NCBI GenBank assembly: GCA_963700635.1
Contig: CAVOYH010000003.1
Coordinates: 576,001-640,000 of the forward strand
Length of the DNA stretch: 64,000 nucleotides
Origin: an uncultured Bacteroidota bacterium
GTDB taxonomy: Bacteria; Bacteroidota; Ignavibacteria; UBA10030; UBA6906
Direction: 5' to 3'
Of this stretch, positions 8,733 to 19,093 are shown piece after piece. The notes beneath the pieces were generated by a model. The model had not been told where the DNA came from. It saw nothing but the letters and a program-made list of their open reading frames with translations, and ran no database searches. Both the position numbers and the translations under genes were made by a program. Every line of letters begins with the position of its first letter. The first letter of the stretch is position 1.

Positions 8733-10868
8733 TTAGCGGAAGAACTGATCCCGCCGGTCATCGATATCCGCCTTCTCTTTCAACATAGACAGCCAATCCG
8801 AAAGAAACCGGTTCCGCTTCTCCTGAAGCAATCTCGACTTCAACAACTCGCGCTGTGAACCAAAACCGGCGGAGTCGAAAGGGGTAACGGAAAGCACTTG
8901 CACCAGAAAAGCGCCACGCTGGTTCTGAACTGCGGGGGAGATCTTCCCTGGATCCAGTGCTGCAACCGTACCAAGGAATGCCGGGTCACGACCGATACCG
9001 GGCACGACCCCGCCCAGCGTAAATGCCGGAAGTTCCTGCACCATGATGGTCGGGTTGAGGGCGTGGACTTTGGTAAGGCTGTCACCCGGGCCGAGTTTGG
9101 AGCGCAGCTCCGCGGCCATTACCTTCACCTTTTCGATCTTGTTCCGGCGCAGGGCGAGCGGCCGGATCATGTCTTTGACTTCATCCAGGGGCCGGACACC
9201 GGCATCCTTGACCTCGGCGATATGAAACACAGCGTAGCCGGCTGGAATGGTGTACGGATCGCTGACCGCGCCAACATGTTCATCAAATGCCCACCGCGAA
9301 ACGCCTTGATGCATGCCGACGCCGGGAATCACCGCACCCTTCTTCTGGATCGGAGTTTCTTTGACCTCGAAGGCCATTTGCTTCGACTCGTTCGTAAAAT
9401 CATTCTCCCTTGCGTTGTATGCAAAGTCGCGCGAACGGTCATACAATTCGTTTTTGGTCTGATTACTCGGTGTGACTTTCATCAAGATGTGCGCAAGTTT
9501 GAGCTCGCGCGAATCCCGATTGTGCACCTTGATAATGTGTAGCCCGTACGGCGAACGAATCGGCCCGACAATCTGTCCGGGCTTTGCGGCAAAAGCCGCT
9601 TTCTCAAATTCCGGGACCATTCTGTTTTTGCCGAACCATCCCAGGTCGCCGCCCCGTTGTGCGGACCCAAAATCCTTTGAAAACTGCCTCGCGAGAGCCG
9701 CGAAGTCTTTCCCTGCCTGTGCATCTCGCATGATCGTCTTGGCAAGCGCACGCGGAGCCGTGGTATCTTCTCCGGCCTCCAATGGCAGGAGGATGTGGCT
9801 GGCGTGAATGTACACTTCTTTCCCGTCACGCTGCTCGAGCACTTTCAGGAGGTGCAAGCCGTCCTGGTCTCCGATCGGACCGATCACGTCGCCCTTCGCC
9901 GCACTGAATACCGGATTCTCCAGCGATGCGCTCAGCTCTCCATGCCGGAAGAATGCCCCGCTGTCCGGCTTGTCGGAATATGTGTAAACCAGCTGAAGAA
10001 AGTCCACGCCTTGCCTGGCTTTCTGGGCTGCCTCCGCAATATCTTTCTGCTGCAATGCGGAATCGCTTGCAGAGGGTCTTTCAAGGAAAAGAACATACTG
10101 GAGCTTGCGCGTTTCTTCCACGCGATACTGATCCAGATTTTCGTCGTAGTATCTCTTAATATCGGCGTCGGTGACCTGGACATCCTGATCCGGCACCAAT
10201 TGCGCGGCATCAAACGGAGCATAGAGCGCAGAGTACTGCCGGTTCTGGTCCACGAAGCGCTGCCGGAGTTCCCCCTCTGTGACACGGACAGAGGAAAGGA
10301 TGATACTTTGCAATTTTTCCTGCTGACGCCGCTGGCGCAGACTGGTCTCATACTGCTTGAGCCACTTGGTTCCGAACTCGGCGTCTTTTCCTTCCGGGTC
10401 CCGGATGAACTGACCGGGAGAGCTGAGGAATTGCTCGTACATGTCGCGGCGGAATTGGCCGGTCGAGTCGATAAAATTCCGGCGCAGATCATCCGGTGGG
10501 TTGTCACCGCGGACCCAGTCAACCAGCTCCTGATCACTCACGGTGATGCCGAGCCGATGGACTTCTTCCTCCACCAGGTGCTGGGTAACAAGATTCTCCC
10601 AGACCTGTTCCCGGATCTGGACGATCTGGTTTTCGTCGGGCTCCGCGCCGCTCTGAGCCTTCTGGTTGTCCGAGTAGGTCTTCACCAACTCGCTAAAGTC
10701 TTTGTATGTTACGTTGATTCCGTTGACGGTGCCGACGATATCCGACCGACCGCCGCTCATACCCAGATAGTCCATCCCCCATTCGAAGACAATGGTGATC
10801 ACGAATGCAATAAGGAGTCCGAACAGGATTACGGGCATGCTGTCACGCATGCGTGTCATGATTGGCAT
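8733..10868 (-). CDS. PpiD/SurA-like membrane-anchored peptidyl-prolyl isomerase
   Basis: N-terminal TM, SurA_N-like region, parvulin motifs HASHILL...DFAALARQFSKD.GSA..GGDLGWF...MVPEFEKAAF...SPYGLHIIKV. Confidence 0.88.
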   Translation of the reverse strand: MPIMTRMRDSMPVILFGLLIAFVITIVFEWGMDYLGMSGGRSDIVGTVNGINVTYKDFSELVKTYSDNQKAQSGAEPDENQIVQIREQVWENLVTQHLVEEEVHRLGITVSDQELVDWVRGDNPPDDLRRNFIDSTGQFRRDMYEQFLSSPGQFIRDPEGKDAEFGTKWLKQYETSLRQRRQQEKLQSIILSSVRVTEGELRQRFVDQNRQYSALYAPFDAAQLVPDQDVQVTDADIKRYYDENLDQYRVEETRKLQYVLFLERPSASDSALQQKDIAEAAQKARQGVDFLQLVYTYSDKPDSGAFFRHGELSASLENPVFSAAKGDVIGPIGDQDGLHLLKVLEQRDGKEVYIHASHILLPLEAGEDTTAPRALAKTIMRDAQAGKDFAALARQFSKDFGSAQRGGDLGWFGKNRMVPEFEKAAFAAKPGQIVGPIRSPYGLHIIKVHNRDSRELKLAHILMKVTPSNQTKNELYDRSRDFAYNARENDFTNESKQMAFEVKETPIQKKGAVIPGVGMHQGVSRWAFDEHVGAVSDPYTIPAGYAVFHIAEVKDAGVRPLDEVKDMIRPLALRRNKIEKVKVMAAELRSKLGPGDSLTKVHALNPTIMVQELPAFTLGGVVPGIGRDPAFLGTVAALDPGKISPAVQNQRGAFLVQVLSVTPFDSAGFGSQRELLKSRLLQEKRNRFLSDWLSMLKEKADIDDRRDQFFR

Positions 10869-10916
10869 AGGGAGAAACGACCTCCTTGAAACGAGTTTTC
10901 GAGTGATATGTTTGAA

Positions 10917-10945
10917 AATATACGCGATATGAGCCGGAAAAGCAA
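10917..10945 (-). promoter_or_regulatory. sigma70-type promoter for the ppiD...rnr gene run
   Basis: Minus strand TTGCTT-N17-TATATT, with AAGGAGG RBS downstream. Confidence 0.6.
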
Positions 10946-10954
10946 TGATTTTTA

Positions 10955-10983
10955 TTGACTTTTCAGAGGGTTGAACGTATATT
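10955..10983 (+). promoter_or_regulatory. sigma70-type promoter for secDF
   Basis: TTGACT-N17-TATATT, back-to-back with the ppiD promoter; GGAGG RBS before the secD GTG. Confidence 0.65.
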
Positions 10984-11031
10984 TATGGGCTTCTCTACGA
11001 GTCCTCGAATGCCTGATCCCGGAGGTTTGCA

Positions 11032-12876
11032 GTGCGTAAGTACAGAACAAAACTGATTATTATTCTTGCCGCCGTCGGCCTCGCCTTGTATTTTCTCTAT
11101 CCGACGTACAGAGACTACGATCTGCATCAGCAGCTACAGCAGCTGCAGGGTGCCGACAGTGCGAGCTTTGTCGAGCAGAATGAAACCGAGTTGCGCGAGA
11201 ATCGTGCAAAACGGATCAAGCTCGGACTCGACCTTCAGGGTGGTATGCGCGTGGTCCTCGAAGTGAATGTCCTGAAACTTATCGAAGACCTTGGCAAGAA
11301 CAAAGACGACGCGTTCGCGCAGATTATGAACGACGTGCGCGAGGAATCGAAACGATCGGATGAGTCACCGGTTCTTATCATCCGCAGGAAATTTGAAGAA
11401 CGCCAGATCCGCATGAGCCGCTACTACGGCAACCTGCGCGACGACAATGACAACGTCACCTCCTACCTGGAAGACGAGTCCAAGAAAGCCATCGATCGGG
11501 CCATTGAGATTGTCGGGAACCGCGTGGATCAGTACGGCGTATCAGAGCCATCCATCCAGAAACTTGGCGGCACACGCATCAATGTGGAGCTTCCCGGCGT
11601 AAGCAAAGAGGGCGAGGTTCGGCAGCTCTTGCAGGGCACAGCATTGCTCGAATTCAAACTGCTGAAGGACCCCGAGGTGGCATATCGGGTCATGGAAGCC
11701 ATTGACCGCGCGATTGCCGGAGCAACGATTGATACGACAGACACCACGGCGCTCGCGCAGCGCCAGGACACAACAACAATTGCGACTCCTGAAGGGGAGA
11801 TGTCATCAGCCGAGTTTGCGAAAAAGCATCCCTTCTTTACTGTTGCACTGGTGAATCCCCAGTATCCTGGCGAGGCACTGGTCGCAGACGAGAACCGCGA
11901 AAAAGTACGCCGCTGGCTTGATCGTGAGGACGTTTCCCGGGTAATCCCCAATGATGTCCAGTTTGTGTGGAGCGCAAAGCCGCACATGCTTGAAGCCGGC
12001 AAGAAATACTATACACTCTACCCGGTGAAAAGAACCCCGGATCTGACAGGCGGGGTGATTACTACGGCGCGGGCCACTCTGGATCCGAGTTTTAATCAGC
12101 CCGTCGTGACCATGGAAATGAACAGCGAAGGGTCGCGCGAGTGGGCACGGATCACCGGCGCCAATGTCGGGAAACGTATTGCCATCGTCCTGGATGACGC
12201 GGTGTTTTCGGCGCCTGTCGTGCGCGGCAAGATCACCGGCGGAAATTCGCAGATTGAAGGGATGGAAAGCCTCGATGAAGCCCGCCTGCTGGAGATTGTG
12301 CTCAAAGCCGGCGCCCTGCCCGCACCCGTAGAGATCATTGAACAACGCTCTGTCGGACCCTCGCTGGGTGAAGATTCCATCCGGAACGGGATTCTTTCAG
12401 CGGTCCTGGCAACAGCCCTTACGATCCTGTTTATGGCAATGTATTACCGTACCGGTGGACTTGTTGCTGATCTCGCGGTTGTCTTCTGTCTGTTGTTCCT
12501 GCTGGGTGTCCTCGCGGCATTCCAGGGTACGCTTACATTGCCCGGCATTGCCGGCATTATCCTTACGCTGGCCGTTGCCGTGGATGCGAACGTGCTGATC
12601 TACGAACGTATCCGTGAAGAACAGGCTACAGGCAAGACACTCCGCGCGGCTATTGACGCCGGTTATGAGAAGGCATTTTCCGCCATCTTTGATTCAAACC
12701 TGACGACGTTCATCACCGGTATTATTCTTTTTCAGTTTGGGTCGGGCCCGATCCAGGGTTTTGCCCTGACACTGATGATCGGCATCGTGGCCAGCATGTT
12801 CAGTGCGATCTTTATTACGCGCGTAGTGTTCAACATGCTGACTGATAAATACGGCTCCAAAGTTTCATTCGGCTAA
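11032..12876 (+). CDS. secD: Protein translocase subunit SecD
   Basis: LGLDLQGG, RVDQYGVSEP.IQ, VELPG, LKAGALPAP, VGPSLG, TLPGIAG, AVDANVLIYERIREE, DSNLTT. Confidence 0.97.
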   Translation: MRKYRTKLIIILAAVGLALYFLYPTYRDYDLHQQLQQLQGADSASFVEQNETELRENRAKRIKLGLDLQGGMRVVLEVNVLKLIEDLGKNKDDAFAQIMNDVREESKRSDESPVLIIRRKFEERQIRMSRYYGNLRDDNDNVTSYLEDESKKAIDRAIEIVGNRVDQYGVSEPSIQKLGGTRINVELPGVSKEGEVRQLLQGTALLEFKLLKDPEVAYRVMEAIDRAIAGATIDTTDTTALAQRQDTTTIATPEGEMSSAEFAKKHPFFTVALVNPQYPGEALVADENREKVRRWLDREDVSRVIPNDVQFVWSAKPHMLEAGKKYYTLYPVKRTPDLTGGVITTARATLDPSFNQPVVTMEMNSEGSREWARITGANVGKRIAIVLDDAVFSAPVVRGKITGGNSQIEGMESLDEARLLEIVLKAGALPAPVEIIEQRSVGPSLGEDSIRNGILSAVLATALTILFMAMYYRTGGLVADLAVVFCLLFLLGVLAAFQGTLTLPGIAGIILTLAVAVDANVLIYERIREEQATGKTLRAAIDAGYEKAFSAIFDSNLTTFITGIILFQFGSGPIQGFALTLMIGIVASMFSAIFITRVVFNMLTDKYGSKVSFG

Positions 12877-12900
12877 TCGACTATTCGGGAGATTTCAGGA

Positions 12901-13818
12901 ATGCGTCTGTTCGGGAAAACGAACATTGATTTTATGATCAAGCGGCGGACGTGGTACCTCGTCTCCGCCATGGTCATACTCGGGGGCATGGTGTCCCTTT
13001 TTATCAAAGGCATTGATTACGGCATTGACTTTCTGGGGGGCACCGAAATCATCGTCCAGTTTGACCAGCCGGTGGAAATCGGCGATGTGCGGAGTGCGAT
13101 GGATCGTGTCGGCTTTGGTCGCGCCGAAATCAAGTCTTTCGGCAGCGATCAGGATATCCTCATCCGGACCGTCGAGCAAGCCGAAGGCACGATGGTTGCA
13201 GACAAGATCCGTACAGCCCTGAAAGATCATTTCCCGACGAATCCGTATGAGGTTCTCAAGGAAGACAAGATCGGACCCAAGATCGGCGCTGAATTGCGCC
13301 GTAACGCATTGTATGCCGTGGTCGCTTCGCTCATCGCAATCTGGCTGTATATCGGATTCCGGTTCAAGTTCGCTTTCGGAATCGGCGCCGTTGTGGCACT
13401 CTTTCACGACGTGCTCGTGACGCTCGGGCTGATCTCGATCTTTGACGGGATGCTGAACCTGGAGATTTCACAGAACATGATCGCCGCGTTTCTCACGCTG
13501 GTGGGTCTTTCCGTGAATGACACGGTCGTCATTTTCGACCGTATCCGGGAAAACCAGAAGATCTTCCGGAGTATGCCGCTCCAGGAACTGATCAACAAGA
13601 GTTTAAACGAGACCCTGAGCCGCACCATCATTACATCGGGAACAATCTTTGTCGTCCTCGTTGTGCTCCTGATTTTCGGCGGGGAAGTCACCCGCGGATT
13701 TGCGTTCGCATTGACCATCGGTATCATCACCGGTACGTATTCGTCCATCTATATGGCAAGCACCGTCGTCCTCGAATGGTCTGAGCGTGCACGCAAGAAA
13801 GCCCAGCTCAGCGAGTAA
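12901..13818 (+). CDS. secF: Protein translocase subunit SecF
   Basis: GIDFLGGT, IGPKIGAEL, HDV, SVNDTVVIFDRIREN, GTYSSIY. Confidence 0.97.
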   Translation: MRLFGKTNIDFMIKRRTWYLVSAMVILGGMVSLFIKGIDYGIDFLGGTEIIVQFDQPVEIGDVRSAMDRVGFGRAEIKSFGSDQDILIRTVEQAEGTMVADKIRTALKDHFPTNPYEVLKEDKIGPKIGAELRRNALYAVVASLIAIWLYIGFRFKFAFGIGAVVALFHDVLVTLGLISIFDGMLNLEISQNMIAAFLTLVGLSVNDTVVIFDRIRENQKIFRSMPLQELINKSLNETLSRTIITSGTIFVVLVVLLIFGGEVTRGFAFALTIGIITGTYSSIYMASTVVLEWSERARKKAQLSE

Positions 13819-13847
13819 ACGATCCGGCGCAGGCCCGGGAGACGCAC

Positions 13848-14189
13848 GTGAACTTCACCATGAACGAACGTGGTGCCGTTACCGTTGTACACCTGGACGG
13901 CAACCTGATGGGAGGCCCTGACGGGTCGACGCTGAACGGCAAGCTGAACGAACTTGTTGATAAGGGCAAGAAACACGTCGTCATCGATCTGAAGAGCGTG
14001 GAGTTCATCAACAGCTCGGGGCTCGGGCTTCTCATCGGAGGGGCAGGCCTTATGAAAAAGGCCGGCGGCGCGCTGAAGCTTGCAAACACCTCTGAAAAAA
14101 TTTCCGCCCTTATCAAGATCACCAGGCTCGGTCCGGTGTTTGAAACATTTGCCTCCGTGGATGAGGCTGTGCAGAGTTTTACGAAGTAA
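13848..14189 (+). CDS. STAS-domain anti-sigma-factor antagonist
   Basis: 113 aa, VVIDL..VEFINSSGLGLL phospho-Ser motif. Confidence 0.9.
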   Translation: MNFTMNERGAVTVVHLDGNLMGGPDGSTLNGKLNELVDKGKKHVVIDLKSVEFINSSGLGLLIGGAGLMKKAGGALKLANTSEKISALIKITRLGPVFETFASVDEAVQSFTK

Positions 14190-14209
14190 ACGGTCCCCGC
14201 TGACCCGTC

Positions 14210-14245
14210 TCCGGCCCCTCTCTCTTCAGGGCCGGACTTTTTTTT
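14210..14245 (+). terminator. Intrinsic terminator after secD-secF-STAS
   Basis: TCCGGCCC stem / GGGCCGGA followed by a run of 8 T. Confidence 0.8.
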
Positions 14246-14290
14246 GCGCCGGCCATCAGCCGGCTGATCCTTCACCCAACGGTAACGCAT

Positions 14291-15565
14291 ATGCCAGTTC
14301 AGATAATCCTTGGTGCCCAGTGGGGCGATGAAGGCAAGGGAAAAGTCGTTGATATGCTGTCCGAACACGCTGATGTCGTCGCACGGTATCAGGGAGGCGC
14401 CAATGCCGGCCATACCGTGTGTATCGGCGACAAACAGTACGTCCTGCACCTCCTCCCCTCCGGGATGTTCCATGAACGGTGCACATGCGTTATCGGAAAC
14501 GGCGTGGTCATCGATCCGGTCGCTCTGATCAGCGAAATCAAACAGCTGGAGAATGCCGGCATCCGGGTTCACGGCCGCCTGCTCATCAGCCACAATGCCC
14601 ACCTGATAATGCCGTACCATAAACAACTTGACGTCATCCGTGAACAAACCAGTTCGCGGATCGGTACAACAGGCCGCGGGATCGGCCCGGCCTATATCGA
14701 CAAGTTTATGCGTTCCGGCATTCGCATTGTGGACCTGCTCGACCGTGATACACTCGCCCGGAAACTCACCCGGAATATCGAAGAGAAAAATCAGATCCTT
14801 ACACGCGTGTACGGCGAAACGCGCATCGACGTCGACGCCCTCATCAGTGAGTACCAGGAATTCGACAAGGCCATAGACGAATACATCACTGACACCTCAC
14901 TCTATCTGCATCAGGCGCTGCAACAGGGTAAGCGGATTATCGCCGAGGGCGCACAGGGAGCATTACTCGATGTTGACCATGGGACGTACCCGTATGTTAC
15001 ATCCTCAAATCCCACCTCCGGCGGGGCCTGCACCGGACTTGGTATTCCACCCACCGCTGTCGATGATGTGATCGGAGTAGCCAAGGCATATTGTACGCGT
15101 GTCGGAGGTGGCCCGTTCCCCACGGAAGAGGAAAATGCGACGGGGGAACGTCTCCGGACCGTGGGACATGAATTCGGCGCAACCACCGGACGTCCCCGCC
15201 GGTGCGGATGGTACGATGCAGTGGCCATGAACTACTCCACACGCGTCAACGGCATTCAGCGGCTGGTGGTAACAAAACTTGATGTCCTGAATGAGTTCGA
15301 AGAAATCCGGATGTGTACCGGATACGAACGTCATGGCAAACGCCTGCGGAGTTTCCCCACGGACGCCACAACGCTGGAACAGATCACACCCGTGTATGAG
15401 ACATTTGAAGGGTGGAAAACGTCACTTGAAGGTGTGACGGCATACAACGAGCTGCCACGCCAGGCATTGACATACCTTGATGCTCTCTCCCGGCATACGA
15501 ACGCCCCCCTCTGGATCGTATCAGTCGGGCCGCGCCGCGATCAGTCGATTATTCGTCCATCTTGA
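14291..15565 (+). CDS. purA: Adenylosuccinate synthetase
   Basis: GAQWGDEGKGK, QGGANAGHT, IGTTGRGIGPAY, EGAQG, GTYPYVTSS, GATTGRPRRCGW, TKLDVL. Confidence 0.98.
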   Translation: MPVQIILGAQWGDEGKGKVVDMLSEHADVVARYQGGANAGHTVCIGDKQYVLHLLPSGMFHERCTCVIGNGVVIDPVALISEIKQLENAGIRVHGRLLISHNAHLIMPYHKQLDVIREQTSSRIGTTGRGIGPAYIDKFMRSGIRIVDLLDRDTLARKLTRNIEEKNQILTRVYGETRIDVDALISEYQEFDKAIDEYITDTSLYLHQALQQGKRIIAEGAQGALLDVDHGTYPYVTSSNPTSGGACTGLGIPPTAVDDVIGVAKAYCTRVGGGPFPTEEENATGERLRTVGHEFGATTGRPRRCGWYDAVAMNYSTRVNGIQRLVVTKLDVLNEFEEIRMCTGYERHGKRLRSFPTDATTLEQITPVYETFEGWKTSLEGVTAYNELPRQALTYLDALSRHTNAPLWIVSVGPRRDQSIIRPS

Positions 15566-15586
15566 GTCCATCGTCGGGGTGATGCC

Positions 15587-16786
15587 ATGACTGCTCCTGC
15601 AAGCGGTATCCGGATCAGCAAAACAGGGAATATCAAGATCATACTCCTTGTGTTTGCCTCAGTATCCGTCATCGCCCTCCTTCTGTACTCCCAGCGCCTC
15701 ACCGATCAGTTGCTCGCACGCGAACGCGAGATCGTCGCCCTCTACGCCCGATCCCTTGAGTACGTGGCGAACAACGATCCTGCCGCAGGTGATCTGAGTT
15801 TTGCCTTTGAAGTTATCCGGACCATAGATTTTCCCATTGTGCAAACGGATGCCCGAAACCGGGCGGAGGCATGGAAGAACATTGACGTGGACACTGCCGC
15901 AATGTCGGCAGAACAGGAGGAGGAGTTTTTCCGCCTCCTGCTGGCCGAAATGGACGCACAGAACAAGCCGATTCGGGCCGCGATTAATGACACCCTGGTT
16001 CTGAACTATCTCCATTACGGAGAGTCGGAACTCATCCGGCAACTGCGCTGGCTGCCGGTGAGCGAGCTCGCCATCGCGGCTATCTTCATCCTCATCGCGT
16101 ACGTGGGGTTCAGCTATATCAAACGGAGCGAACAGAGTAATATCTGGGTGGGTATGGCGAAGGAAACCGCCCACCAGCTTGGCACTCCCCTGTCGAGCCT
16201 GATGGGCTGGACCGAACGACTCCGGGTCGATGCTGCGGGAGCGCCGCGAATAAGCGAAACAGTGGGTGAGATGGAACATGACATCCATCGCCTGAACAAA
16301 GTGGCGGCACGCTTTTCGAAAATCGGCTCCACACCGAGTCTGAAAGAAGAGAACCTCCCCGAAGTGATCGAAGGGGTGATCCAGTACATCGCAAAACGAA
16401 TTCCCCGTTCCGGTAAAAAGGTGGACCTGCTCATCGAGACGCCGGGGTTATTCAGCGCCCGGATTAATCGCGAGCTATTCGAATGGGTAATCGAAAACTT
16501 AATGAAGAATGCGCTGGATGCAATGGAGGGAAATGCGGGAAAGATCTCTTTTGCACTCAGTCACGTCTCCGGTAAGACGATGATTGACGTGACAGACACC
16601 GGAAAAGGCATTGACCCAAAACTCCACAAAGAAATATTCCGTCCGGGCTACAGCACCAAAAAAAGGGGCTGGGGTCTTGGGCTCACATTAGCGAAGCGGA
16701 TTATTGAAGATTACCACAGAGGGAAATTGTACGTCAAGCAAAGCACGCCAGGTGCGGGAACAACGTTCAGGATACGACTGCAGTAG
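15587..16786 (+). CDS. Membrane sensor histidine kinase (no adjacent regulator)
   Basis: Two TM helices, H-box ETAHQLGTPLSSL, N-box ENLMKNALDA, DTGKGI, F-box, GWGLGL. Confidence 0.92.
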   Translation: MTAPASGIRISKTGNIKIILLVFASVSVIALLLYSQRLTDQLLAREREIVALYARSLEYVANNDPAAGDLSFAFEVIRTIDFPIVQTDARNRAEAWKNIDVDTAAMSAEQEEEFFRLLLAEMDAQNKPIRAAINDTLVLNYLHYGESELIRQLRWLPVSELAIAAIFILIAYVGFSYIKRSEQSNIWVGMAKETAHQLGTPLSSLMGWTERLRVDAAGAPRISETVGEMEHDIHRLNKVAARFSKIGSTPSLKEENLPEVIEGVIQYIAKRIPRSGKKVDLLIETPGLFSARINRELFEWVIENLMKNALDAMEGNAGKISFALSHVSGKTMIDVTDTGKGIDPKLHKEIFRPGYSTKKRGWGLGLTLAKRIIEDYHRGKLYVKQSTPGAGTTFRIRLQ

Positions 16787-16878
16787 AACAGGCCATCATG
16801 ACTGCCTGACAATGCGCGAGTCCGGCCGGACGCCGTCTGCAACGCAGGTGTTCCCCGCACGAACGTGTGTTCTACCCT

Positions 16879-17631
16879 TCATCGAGATCCAGAGGCCATC
16901 CTCTGGCGCGGGGGAGAAAGTGCTCTCCGGTTCAGTTCTCTTCCAGCAGTCCGGAACACCCGGTTTATCATTGACCGCGTCAGCCGGCCCGTGAATGTAT
17001 TCTGCTGGCTGGGATGATAGGTTGCAAGAAACGTAAATTCTCCCATGTGATACACCGCTCCGTGCGCGAAGCCGGGCATAGTCTTGAACGAAATCAGACC
17101 TAATGTCCGAAAGGCCTTCAACCCGGCCTCAAACCCAATCTTTCCAAGCCCCACCACAACACGAATACTCTTCAGCAATCGGATTTCCTCCAGCAGATAC
17201 CGGTTACAGTGCGCCATCTCCTCGGGAAGGGGCCTGTTTTTCGGAGGGGGGCACCGTACCGCGGCAACGATATAACAGTCGTTCAGTCGCAGTCCATCAT
17301 CCCGGGAGAGTGACTCCGGTTGATTCGCAAAACCGGTAGCGTGCAGCGCCCGGATGAGCCAGTTGCCGCTCTCATCGCCGGTGAACATTCGACCCGTCCT
17401 GTTGCCCCCGTGGGCTGCCGGGGCGAGTCCCACCAGCAGCATGCGGGCATCAGGATCCCCGAATCCGGTCAGGGGTTTGCCCCAGTACTCTTCCTCCACG
17501 AACCGGCGCACTTTCACTTTCGCGGCCTCTTCCCTCCAGTGCACGAGCCGCGGACAGAGTCTGCATCGTGTAATCGTTCGATGCAGCGCAACCAAACTTT
17601 TGCCGGAAGCACGTCTGGCCGGCGGGGTCAT
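16879..17631 (-). CDS. Uracil-DNA glycosylase family 5 (UdgB-type, Fe-S)
   Basis: C..CPRL, GLAPAAHGGNRTGRMFTGD.SG, RCPPP.N.P, HPSQQN. Confidence 0.9.
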   Translation of the reverse strand: MTPPARRASGKSLVALHRTITRCRLCPRLVHWREEAAKVKVRRFVEEEYWGKPLTGFGDPDARMLLVGLAPAAHGGNRTGRMFTGDESGNWLIRALHATGFANQPESLSRDDGLRLNDCYIVAAVRCPPPKNRPLPEEMAHCNRYLLEEIRLLKSIRVVVGLGKIGFEAGLKAFRTLGLISFKTMPGFAHGAVYHMGEFTFLATYHPSQQNTFTGRLTRSMINRVFRTAGRELNRRALSPPRQRMASGSR

Positions 17632-19091
17632 CGGGAGCCTTCAACCACCGGTGCCTTCCCGAGCACGTCCTCGATGGTCATGTGGAGTACGGGTCCCAGT
17701 TTCATCGTAGTCATCTTCGCCTCTATGGAGAGGCGATCCCCAACGAGCACAATCACCATCTTTGCCGGATCAAGGTATGCCCGCGCGACACGCTGGACAT
17801 CTTCTTTCGTCACCGCACGAATCCGGCCGACATACTGTGTGTAGTAATTGTGCGGGAGGTTGAATATCACCATATCTTCCAGTTTCCGGGCGATATCAGC
17901 CACAGTCTGGAACTCACCGGGGAATCCAAGCGCAATATAGTTTTTCGCCCGGTCCAGTTCGGCATCCGGCACCGGATTCTGGATAGCACTCAGCTCGTTC
18001 ATGAACTCCCTCACCGCTGAATCGGTGATCGCACTATGCACGGCTGCACTGGCGAGGAACGGCCCCGGCAGAATGCGGAATGCGAATGACGATCCCGCTC
18101 CGTATGAATATCCGTGTTCCTCCCGGAGATTCTGATTCAGGCGGGACGAGAATGATCCACCGAGGATCGTATTCATGACCACCAGGGGAAAATAGTCGTC
18201 CGACATTCTTGACGCGCCGATACGTCCGATGCGGACTTCCGTTTGTGGCGCGCCTGGTTTGTCCACAATGATGACGGAACGTTGTGCCACGTTCGTGATC
18301 GGGGGCAAAGGAAATCCCGCCGCCGCGTTACCCGTCCAGCCACCGAAGGCCGCTTCCAGCTTCGGGCGTATCTTCGCCATCGTCACATCTCCCACAACAA
18401 TAAGGTCCGCATTGGCAGGGCGGAAATACTGTGTGTGAAATTGCTGGAGATCTTCAACCCGAAAAGACCGGATTGACTGTTCATCGCCGATACTGGATGC
18501 CCCGTAGGGGTGCCCGGCGCCATACAGTGTGCGATTGAACGTGAGGGAGGCGAGGGAGCCGGGCTCATCGCGCCATTGAAGAAGCGTGGTCAGTCGGCTT
18601 TTCCGTTTCCGCTCAAGTTCGGCCGGCGCGAACACAGGGCGAAGTGCAACGTCAGCCTGCAGGGCAAGCGCAGAATCCAGCTTGGACACCGGTGTTTGCA
18701 GCGTAACAGCCGAGGTATGCATGCCTGCTGAAGATCCCAGGTTCGCGCCCAGATAGTCAATGGCATCAGCGAGTTGCAGGGCAGTACGTCCTCCCGCACC
18801 TTCCATCATCATCGAAACAACCATCGACGCGAGTCCGGGTTTGCCGGGAGGATCCAGTACCGCACCGGCATTGATGATAAGATTAATCTGCACCAGGGGA
18901 ACCTGATGTTTCTCAAACAGCACAACCTGCAGCCCGTTCGAAAGCGTGAAGCGTTCGACGGCAGGCATGACGAATGACGGAGGCGGACCCGGTTTGGGCG
19001 GAGAGTTCCTGTCCGGTTTCTGCGCCGCTCCAGGAACGGCAAGCACAAGTGCAAGAACGGCAAGACCAACCACACGCAAGGATGTGTTCAT
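17628..19091 (-). CDS. M16 family peptidase, non-catalytic subunit
   Basis: Signal peptide, LSNGL, no HxxEH (GLASMVVSMM), C-domain ILGG.FSSRL...LRE..GYSYG. Confidence 0.88.
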   Translation of the reverse strand: MNTSLRVVGLAVLALVLAVPGAAQKPDRNSPPKPGPPPSFVMPAVERFTLSNGLQVVLFEKHQVPLVQINLIINAGAVLDPPGKPGLASMVVSMMMEGAGGRTALQLADAIDYLGANLGSSAGMHTSAVTLQTPVSKLDSALALQADVALRPVFAPAELERKRKSRLTTLLQWRDEPGSLASLTFNRTLYGAGHPYGASSIGDEQSIRSFRVEDLQQFHTQYFRPANADLIVVGDVTMAKIRPKLEAAFGGWTGNAAAGFPLPPITNVAQRSVIIVDKPGAPQTEVRIGRIGASRMSDDYFPLVVMNTILGGSFSSRLNQNLREEHGYSYGAGSSFAFRILPGPFLASAAVHSAITDSAVREFMNELSAIQNPVPDAELDRAKNYIALGFPGEFQTVADIARKLEDMVIFNLPHNYYTQYVGRIRAVTKEDVQRVARAYLDPAKMVIVLVGDRLSIEAKMTTMKLGPVLHMTIEDVLGKAPVVEGSR

Positions 19092-19093
19092 GA

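Noticed and set aside
9795-10889. 364-aa plus-strand ORF
   Set aside because: Antisense to the PPIase gene; codon-bias shadow.
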